Assembly (NCBI RefSeq): GCF_023585785.1
Contig: NZ_CP097765.1
Coordinates: forward strand, 90,001-122,000
Source of the DNA: Blochmannia endosymbiont of Camponotus modoc
GTDB taxonomy: Bacteria; Pseudomonadota; Gammaproteobacteria; Enterobacterales; Enterobacteriaceae
Direction of reading: 5' to 3'
Length of the DNA stretch: 32,000 nucleotides
Below are positions 19,673 to 28,573 of this stretch, in pieces. A program made the translations under genes and the position numbers. Position 1 is the first letter of the stretch. Every line of letters starts with the position of its first letter. The notes beneath the pieces are model-generated. The model was given only the letters and a program-made list of their open reading frames with translations. It was not told the DNA's origin and searched no databases.

Positions 19673-19715
19673 ACTGCTCAAAATCAATATCGTCTTAATA
19701 TTGATTTTGAGCAGT
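19673..19715. promoter_or_regulatory. 18-bp perfect inverted repeat (ACTGCTCAAAATCAATAT / ATATTGATTTTGAGCAGT) with a 7-nt spacer CGTCTTA, in the divergent spacer between the ToxR-like gene and the receptor gene
   Basis: Verified base by base: the reverse complement of 19673-19690 equals 19698-19715. It is the longest perfect inverted repeat I found in the window. No T-run follows on either strand. Its role (operator, RNA hairpin or relic) is unknown. Confidence 0.5.
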
Positions 19716-20034
19716 TAATTCTTGTGATAAATTAAATAAAACGTGTTAACTAAACTTTAGTTGAAGATATAGAAATAGTAAGTACTTTAATTTCCTCAGT
19801 GTTAGTGTAATGTTGCAAATTCAATGTTATATAGATCACAATTTCTTTTTAAGAAATATGATATTTGTAAATAATTTCAAGATTATTTTTTTAGTCAGAA
19901 ACGATCGATTTTGATCAAGATTGTTAATATTATCTATTTATCTGATTTTATATTAGAAGAAATTAAGTTTTTAATATATATTGTAATAATGATATTAGTA
20001 TCTTGAAAAGAATGCAATAGTTACGAGCATACAT

Positions 20035-22185
20035 ATGGTATATGGTAAGTTTTTTTATAGTCATGAAATATTAATGCATATGATATTATTTTTGATATGT
20101 TTTGTGTTAATCATATTTACTGTTAATAATTCTCAAGCTAATTCAAATGATGTATCTGTTAGCAGTAGACATAAAGATACTTCGATATCAATATTTAGTA
20201 GCATACAAGAACTACCTATATTACTCCAAGGAAAAATGCATGATGATGTCATAACTGTTATTTCGACAAAAAATTCCCCGTTGATTTTTAGTGATTCTCC
20301 TGCAACATCTTTGCAGTCGTTGTATGTAATTGATGTTTCTGATTATTTAAAAGGTATTGCTGGATTCTCTGCTATTCGTAATGGAGGAGTGAATAACGAA
20401 CCAGTGTTTAGGGGAATGTTTGGATCTCGAATACGTATTTTGATGGATAATGGAGAAATACTTGGTGCCTGTTGTTCTCATATGGATCCTGTTAGTGCTT
20501 ATATTTTTCCTGAGACTTTTGATATTTTAAATATCATTAAAGGCCCTCAAACAGTACTATGGGGTCCTGTAACATCTGCGGGTACGTTGCAATTTGAACG
20601 ATATCATCCTCGATTTGATAAATCAAAAATTCAATTGCGTAGTAATGTAACAATCGGTGCAAATAATAAAATAGATAAAAATATAGATAGTATTATGGGG
20701 AGCAAATACGGCTATATTAGATTGATAGGCAATATTTCTCGTTCAGACGACTATCATGATGGTAATAAAGACCAGGTACATTCTGCGTGGTATAAATGGA
20801 ACGCTGATGCGATTTTGTCATTTAATTTGAGTGCAGATACATATTTAGAAGTCAGCCTAGGACAGGGAAATGGTACTGCAAATTATGCCGCTCGATCTAT
20901 GGATGGGTTATGTTTTGCTAGAGAAAGTTATGGAATGAAAATAGAAACTTTAGATATCAGCAAAATATTAGATAAAATTGAATTGCAAGCTTGGCATAAT
21001 TATGTAAGCCATATTATGGCTGATACTGTGTCTCATAATACAGAACTATCTACTGGAAAATGCTGTGGGTTTAGTAGTGGTAATATTAACAATAATGTTG
21101 ATCGATTAATATGGGGTGCACGAGGTATTACTGTATCTCAATGGGACAATATCAAATGTCATAGTGGCGCAGATGTTCAAATTAATACACATAGAAAACG
21201 TATAGAATCTAATTCTAATTGGAAAACGGACATTGTCTCTCGAGACACTGGTATATTTACCGAATTGATCGTTGATTCATTGTCAAACAGAAGATTTATT
21301 GGAGGGACACGACTGGAATACAGTGTAATTAATTTTAATAATTGTTCTAAATATAAACGACATGGTATAGTATATCCTGCTGGGTTTGTACGCTATGAAG
21401 ATAATATCAATCCGTTGTTGTCGTATTATATTGGTGTAGGTACAAGTTTTCGTTTGCCTGATTATTGGGAGTTATCTTATACTAAATCCGGAGAAAATAT
21501 TAATAATATAGATGATATTTTAAAATTAAAACCTGAAAAAACTGTTCAGATAGATATAGGAGCATGTTTTCAACATCTACAAATAAATGGATGGATATCA
21601 TCTTATGCTGGATATGTTAAAGATTTTATCGTATGTGATTATCGCAATGATGATACCATACAAGATGGTATTATTTACGCAGAGAACATTCATGCTAAAA
21701 TATGCGGAACTGAAGTAGGATTAAATTATCAATTTAATGAGCATTGGCACACTGCAACTAATATCTCGTGGTCCTGGGGCATGAATATTGATAATGGTTG
21801 CACTTTATTCAGAACGCCTCCATTGGAGGGTAGGGTTACATGCCAATGGATACGAGGAAGTTATAGTATAGCTGCTAAGTGGAGATTGGCATTGGCGCAA
21901 TCTATTAATAATTCGTTGATGTCACAGGAATCTTTTGTTTCTAGAAATATGTTGCCTCATACAAGTGTAAATTGTAATACTTCAGGATTTGGAATATTAT
22001 CCATGAATTTTGCGTGGAAAAGTTCCCAATTTTATAAATTTAGCATTGGTGTAGATAATTTACTAAATCATTCTTATAGAGAATATCTGAATTCGTATGT
22101 TCATAAACGACTTGGATATCCTTCTGGCACTCTGATTTATGAACCAGGGCGTACCTGGTGGATTAAATTAGGTATGGAGTTATGA
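20035..22185 (+). CDS. TonB-dependent outer-membrane receptor, OprC/NosA copper-receptor family
   Basis: 716 aa. The N-terminus is hydrophobic and signal-like (MHMILFLICFVLIIFTVNNSQA). A TonB-box-like DDVITVIST is present. The plug region NEPVFRGMFGSRIRILMDNGEILGACCSHMDPVSAYIFPETFDILNIIKGPQTVLWGPVTSAGTLQFER has the pattern I recognise from TonB-dependent copper receptors (RG..GSR...L.DG...GAC...MD.P.SYI.PE..D...V.KGPQTVLWGP..SAGT..FER). The rest is a long beta-barrel-like segment ending GRTWWIKLGMEL. The true start may instead be ATG 20074 or 20080. Confidence 0.85.
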   Translation: MVYGKFFYSHEILMHMILFLICFVLIIFTVNNSQANSNDVSVSSRHKDTSISIFSSIQELPILLQGKMHDDVITVISTKNSPLIFSDSPATSLQSLYVIDVSDYLKGIAGFSAIRNGGVNNEPVFRGMFGSRIRILMDNGEILGACCSHMDPVSAYIFPETFDILNIIKGPQTVLWGPVTSAGTLQFERYHPRFDKSKIQLRSNVTIGANNKIDKNIDSIMGSKYGYIRLIGNISRSDDYHDGNKDQVHSAWYKWNADAILSFNLSADTYLEVSLGQGNGTANYAARSMDGLCFARESYGMKIETLDISKILDKIELQAWHNYVSHIMADTVSHNTELSTGKCCGFSSGNINNNVDRLIWGARGITVSQWDNIKCHSGADVQINTHRKRIESNSNWKTDIVSRDTGIFTELIVDSLSNRRFIGGTRLEYSVINFNNCSKYKRHGIVYPAGFVRYEDNINPLLSYYIGVGTSFRLPDYWELSYTKSGENINNIDDILKLKPEKTVQIDIGACFQHLQINGWISSYAGYVKDFIVCDYRNDDTIQDGIIYAENIHAKICGTEVGLNYQFNEHWHTATNISWSWGMNIDNGCTLFRTPPLEGRVTCQWIRGSYSIAAKWRLALAQSINNSLMSQESFVSRNMLPHTSVNCNTSGFGILSMNFAWKSSQFYKFSIGVDNLLNHSYREYLNSYVHKRLGYPSGTLIYEPGRTWWIKLGMEL

Positions 22186-22363
22186 GTTATAAACATAAAC
22201 AAAAGATAAAAAATCTTTACTGATATTAATGTGATTGATGCAACGAGTATGTATGAATTTACCATGATTTTTGAAAAAAACCTAACAGATGGACTTGCAT
22301 TTCACATTGGATATTAACGGTGTTAATATATAATATATAAAAGTTTAAATTAAGTTTTGATTA

Positions 22364-22582
22364 TTATCGGCTACGGAAAATAATCCTTCCTTTACTTAAA
22401 TCGTATGGTGTCAGTTCAACGGTGACTTTGTCTCCTGTTAATATTCGAATGTAGTTTTTTCTTATTTTTCCAGAAATATGTGCTACAACGACGTGTCCGT
22501 TTTCTAATTTTACACGAAACATCGTATTAGGCAAGGTATCTAATACTGTACCGTGCATTTCGAAACTATCTTCTTTTGTCAT
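22364..22582 (-). CDS. infA: Translation initiation factor IF-1
   Basis: 72 aa, near-identical to E. coli InfA: [64 protein letters not shown]. Confidence 0.98.
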   Translation of the reverse strand: MTKEDSFEMHGTVLDTLPNTMFRVKLENGHVVVAHISGKIRKNYIRILTGDKVTVELTPYDLSKGRIIFRSR

Positions 22583-23084
22583 TATGATCTCTAAAAAATT
22601 AAATAAACGATTCGGAATTTTCTCATAAGATTAGAAGCTAATCAAGTGTTGATTTTATTCGTACGATAATTGAAATATTTAATTTTAATAAATTTATTAG
22701 AAAAGTTCATTTTTTGTCAAATACAATTACTACATTATAACTATAATAATAGACTATAATTGGGATCTATATTATTAGAATTTGGTTACTTGTTTCATTT
22801 GCTTTAGACGTCATATATATTACTTACTGCTTCAGTACAAATCCTGTTTTTGTTTTGTATTTTATGTATTCAGATTGTAATATATTCACTATATATTTGT
22901 GTAGTTAACTCCATATATCTATTCAACGTTGTTGCTACGTATTCTGAATAGCACTAAACATTATTTTTTTTACTTATTAAATATTAATTTTTATTTTTAG
23001 ATTTTGTAAGTACGAATAATTATATATTTTATTTAAAAATTAATGGATAGTTTTATTTGAATTTTGTTTTATTTGTTTAGTATA

Positions 23085-24056
<972 letters not shown>

Positions 24057-24197
24057 TTATATGCTGATTAAGTATATTGTAGTAAGCATTATATTTTGGT
24101 TTCTAATATTAATAGAAAACAGATGCAATATTATAATTTAAAAATAAATTATTACTTAGTTTAAATTATTCTTAAAAATCATATTTTTCTATGTATG

Positions 24198-24213
24198 TTT
24201 CTATGCATAGAAA
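24198..24213. repeat. Perfect 16-bp palindrome TTTCTATGCATAGAAA, preceded by a third direct half-site TTTCTATG at 24186-24193
   Basis: Read directly. It lies in the trxB/ftsK divergent spacer, about 160 nt upstream of the trxB start codon and about 470 nt upstream of ftsK. Confidence 0.4.
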
Positions 24214-24681
24214 TGTATTTTTAACGATATTAATGTTTGATCGGATACATAATTCTTATGTAGTTGCAAATAAGGATCGCAGTCAAAACTACAAATTTTA
24301 TTATTATATAACAAAATTACTGTAATTAATACTAACTCACACAAAAAATCGTATGTATTTGCGAGATATGTTTGCAATATGCATCAAGCGTTTTATATAA
24401 ACTTAAAAGTATTTGTTAGTTTTATTAGGATTTTAATTTTTGTTAAAGATATATATGGTGTTGAAGTAATATATTTGAAACATTATTTGTTTATAACTTC
24501 ATAAATTAGAGCATATATATAGCATGTATATTGAATCCATGACACAATGATATTATGTGCAATTGTTTATATGAATTAACAAACAGTATCATTATTACTT
24601 AAATATAAAGCAATACTTGATATAAATAAAATAATTATTACATAAAAATGATTATCAATACTTAATTAAGAGATATCTTTA

Positions 24682-27063
24682 GTGATTAATGTTATATTGA
24701 TTGGTGTAAGTATAATTTTATTATATTTAATTATTTCATTAATTAGTTTTAATCCTGCAGATCCTGGCTGGTTACAGACTATGTGGGATGGATCTATTCA
24801 TAATGTTGGAGGTATGTTAGGAGCGAAAATTTCTGATTTTTTATTTTTTATTTTTGGTATTCCAGTTTATATAATTCCGTTATTTCTCTTCTTTTATCTT
24901 TGGAAAATTTGTGTGCAGGGTATGCGTATTACTGTTTTTATTTTTATATTTAAATTAATAGGTATCTTGATATTATTATTCGCGTGTTGTGGATTAGCTC
25001 ATATAACAATCGATAATTTTTTTTATTTTTCTTCTGGAGGCATAGTAGGAAGCATATCGTATGATATTATTTCATCTTATGAAAAAATGACTCATCATGT
25101 CAGTATAATTTTATTTTTTTTAATTGGAATTATTGATATTACAGTGTTTTTTAATAAATTTTTTGGGATGATTCTAAAAACTATTAAGAATCAATTATTT
25201 AATTATTTACGCTATTTAAACGCATTATTTTTTTTTACAAAAAAATATCGATATCAATTTATTCATCAAAAATCGTGTGCTAAACGACTCATGTATCCAT
25301 TGGTTTTTTCTACACAAGATCCTAATTTTTTTAAAAATTTAAAAAATGATTTATTAAACATACAAATCATCCCTGATGTATCTAACAATATTAGTAGATC
25401 TACTAAGCAATTTAATCCTATTTTAAAAAATAATTCTTTTAAAATGAAATGCATTTCAGCGATAAAGATATTTAGTCAAGGTCTCGATTTTATTGAGCGC
25501 TTGTTATTTTGTTCTAAACTATGGATAAGCAGGGCAGGTTACAACGATTATCAAAAAAAATATGTGACTAATGTTGTTTATAAAGGAAAAAATTGTTCTG
25601 TAAAAATTAATAAATTTGATAAAACAATTTGTAGTAGCAATGACAATATACATTGTGTTGACAAAAGAGAACAAAAATATAATGTATCATTGATACAAGA
25701 TTTAAATGTAATACGTACTGATAGAAATAATATTGATCAAAAAATTCCCGTATTTGTTAAAAAAAACATAAAACAACATGTACCTTTGTTTAAATATAAA
25801 AAAATCCCCACGGGACATCCTACTCTATGTTATGACAATCGTGCTGCTACTTTTCCAGATATAGGCTTATTGACTACATCTTCTTCAGAAAAAACAACGA
25901 TAGACTTCTTGGAATTAAAAAAAATTTCTCAATTGTTAGAATCGAAACTATTGGAATATCACATTATAGCAAATGTGGCTAATATTGTTCCTGGACCGGT
26001 AATTACTCGATTTGAGTTGAATTTATCACCGGGTATAAAATCTTCAAGAATTTCTAATTTATCACGCGATTTAGCTCGTGTTTTATACACAAATTCTGTT
26101 AAAGTGGTAGATGTAATTCCGGGTACTCCATATGTTGGATTAGAAATTCCTAATAAACAGCGCAGAACAGTATATCTAGGAGATATAATTGGTTCAGATC
26201 AGTTTAGGAATATCAATACTCCATTAGCGTTGGTCTTGGGAAAGGATATAGCTGGATACCCATTAATTGTAGATCTTAAATCTCTACCTCATTTATTAGT
26301 TGCCGGTACTACTGGATCAGGTAAATCTGTGGGGATTAATGCTATGATTATTAGTCTTTTATATAAAGCTACGCCAGAAGAAGTGCGTTTTATTATGATT
26401 GATCCTAAAATTTTAGAATTATCAATATATTCAGGTATTCCTCATCTTTTAAAACAAATTATTACCAATACACAAGAAGTTTATGAAGTATTACAATGGT
26501 GTGTAAAGGAAATGGAGCGTCGTTATAAATTGATGGCTATGCTCAGTGTTCGGAATTTAGAAAATTATAATAGCCATATAACGCAATTTTATTCTAAAGA
26601 ATATGTAGCAAATAATATTATCAGCAAATATGTGAATAATAATACTGCATCTTGTTCTAATACATTAGACAAATTACCTTATATTGTAATTATTGTAGAT
26701 GAATTTTCAGATTTGATGATGACTACAACAAAAAAAGTGGAAGAATTAGTGATTCGTTTAACACAAAAGGCTCGAGCTGCTGGGATTCATGTAATATTAG
26801 CAACTCAAAGACCATCAGTGGATGTAATTACTGGGGTAATTAAAGCAAATATTCCAGCTCGTATAGCTTTTACTGTATCGAGTAAAATAGATTCTCGTAC
26901 TATTCTTGATCAATCTGGAGCAGAATCTTTATTAGGTATGGGCGATATGTTATATGTAGGGCCTCACTCGTCCATGGCTACTCGGGTACATGGAGCCTTC
27001 ATAGAAGATCGAGAAATACATGCAGTAGTTAATTTTTGGAAAAATCAAACGATTAGTTCATGA
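24682..27063 (+). CDS. ftsK: DNA translocase FtsK: shortened linker, gamma domain absent
   Basis: The N-terminal membrane domain LISFNPADPGWLQTMWDGSIHNVGGMLGA matches E. coli [29 protein letters not shown]. The motor has Walker A GTTGSGKSV, Walker B IVIIVDEFSDLMM, and ATQRPSVDVITG..KANIP.RIAF and GAESLLGMGDMLY. The only in-frame start after the upstream stop at 24667-24669 is GTG 24682. 793 aa versus 1329 aa in E. coli. Confidence 0.93.
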   Translation: MINVILIGVSIILLYLIISLISFNPADPGWLQTMWDGSIHNVGGMLGAKISDFLFFIFGIPVYIIPLFLFFYLWKICVQGMRITVFIFIFKLIGILILLFACCGLAHITIDNFFYFSSGGIVGSISYDIISSYEKMTHHVSIILFFLIGIIDITVFFNKFFGMILKTIKNQLFNYLRYLNALFFFTKKYRYQFIHQKSCAKRLMYPLVFSTQDPNFFKNLKNDLLNIQIIPDVSNNISRSTKQFNPILKNNSFKMKCISAIKIFSQGLDFIERLLFCSKLWISRAGYNDYQKKYVTNVVYKGKNCSVKINKFDKTICSSNDNIHCVDKREQKYNVSLIQDLNVIRTDRNNIDQKIPVFVKKNIKQHVPLFKYKKIPTGHPTLCYDNRAATFPDIGLLTTSSSEKTTIDFLELKKISQLLESKLLEYHIIANVANIVPGPVITRFELNLSPGIKSSRISNLSRDLARVLYTNSVKVVDVIPGTPYVGLEIPNKQRRTVYLGDIIGSDQFRNINTPLALVLGKDIAGYPLIVDLKSLPHLLVAGTTGSGKSVGINAMIISLLYKATPEEVRFIMIDPKILELSIYSGIPHLLKQIITNTQEVYEVLQWCVKEMERRYKLMAMLSVRNLENYNSHITQFYSKEYVANNIISKYVNNNTASCSNTLDKLPYIVIIVDEFSDLMMTTTKKVEELVIRLTQKARAAGIHVILATQRPSVDVITGVIKANIPARIAFTVSSKIDSRTILDQSGAESLLGMGDMLYVGPHSSMATRVHGAFIEDREIHAVVNFWKNQTISS

Positions 27064-27179
27064 TCCTTTCTGAATAATCAGAATTATTATATCTTGTATA
27101 GGGATGTATATATACAGATATATAATGTTATTGTTTATTTAAACAAATATATAATGATAATGGAGATAATTAATTCAGA

Positions 27180-27797
27180 ATGACGAAACAGATAATATAT
27201 GCTGTTTTTTTAAGCGTTATTATAGCTATTACGGTAGTAGCTGATGATGCATCTGTTTTTGTTTTACAAAATCGCCTTAAAAAAATAAATAATTTTTATG
27301 TACATTTTATTCAGAAAGTTATTAATTCTGATAAAAATGTGGTGTTAGAATACCATGGAGAATTATGGATAAAACGTCCTAATTTACTTAATTGGCATGT
27401 GATATCCCCTGAAGAAAATTTTTTGATATCTGATGGGAAAACACTTTGGTTTTATATTCCTTCTATCAAACAAGTTACTGCGTATCGGTTGCGAAACTTT
27501 TCTGATAATATTTTTTTTATGTTATTTTCTAGTCACAATATACATGAATGGAATGAATATACTGTATCCCAGCAAGGGGATTTTTTTTATTTAATACCGA
27601 TAAGTAATGATTTTAATTTAAAAGAATGTAGAATTAAAATTACTGATCAGGGTATAATCGAGAAGTTTAGTATTTTCGAAGAAAAAGGACAACGTGTAGA
27701 TTACTATTTATTAGATCAAAATAATAATGACATTGATATAAGTAAGTTTTATTTCGCTCCTTCTAAGGATATCCAAGTAGACGATCAAAGAAAATAA
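27180..27797 (+). CDS. lolA: Periplasmic lipoprotein chaperone LolA
   Basis: 205 aa versus 203 aa in E. coli. [31 protein letters not shown] matches [33 protein letters not shown]. The C-terminal VDDQRK is identical to the E. coli C-terminus. It follows ftsK as in E. coli. Confidence 0.95.
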   Translation: [205 protein letters not shown]

Positions 27798-28573
27798 TAT
27801 CTATTAGATATTTTAATTTAAATTTTTGTTAAATAAATAAGAAAAATTATTTTTTTATGCGAGATATATACCAAAAGTCATATAAAGTACGTTCAGTTAA
27901 TTTTTATTGATATGTTGTAAGGAATTTGACGTGTATCGCGATATCTATATAATAAAAGAAATTTAGAAAATGTTGTAGTTCGATATTCCATAATAATAAA
28001 ACATATTTGATTATTGTATTATTTCTATATTAGTTTTCACGAAATATTAACAGAATACATATTTTGTATTATCGAAAGATAATGGAAGTATTATTATGAG
28101 AATGTATATGATTTTAAAAGTCATATATATATGACATATATCTTTGTTCTTTAATAAAGATGCGGTAAATTCATTTGAATTGTTTTTAAGTTATTGCCTA
28201 TATAATATATGGGTGTGTTTATATATGAAAGAGGTATGTTTTTATAAAAGAATCAAAAAAATACTATAAAGTAGTGCTACTACTGTGCATAGTGTGCAAA
28301 TGTGTTGTGTTTACAAACATTAATTGTTTTTAGATATTTTTAAAGAGTTAAATTGGATAGGCACTAGGAAAGTGCAAATATGCACTTGAAATATCATTAA
28401 CATAATAAACCATGAGATTTTACATTTGGTATAGTGAATTATATGATATTGTGGATTGTAATAAATAATAATATGGTATGAATTTATTATAATAGTGTAA
28501 ATTTGTTGTAGTTGTGAAAAAATATATTATTAGTAAAATTAGTATATGATAAAACGAATAGTATAGGTTAGAT

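Noticed and set aside
19984-20002. Fur-box-like TAATAATGATATTAGTATC just upstream of the receptor gene
   Set aside because: Only the ATAATGATA half matches the GATAATGATAATCATTATC consensus, roughly 11 of 18 positions. In AT-rich spacers this level of match is not informative, and the receptor looks copper-type rather than iron-type.
28120-28135. Perfect 16-bp palindrome GTCATATATATATGAC
   Set aside because: It is essentially a (TA)n microsatellite with a GTC/GAC clamp. (TA)n runs are frequent in these spacers, so I mention it only inside the rarA-scar finding.
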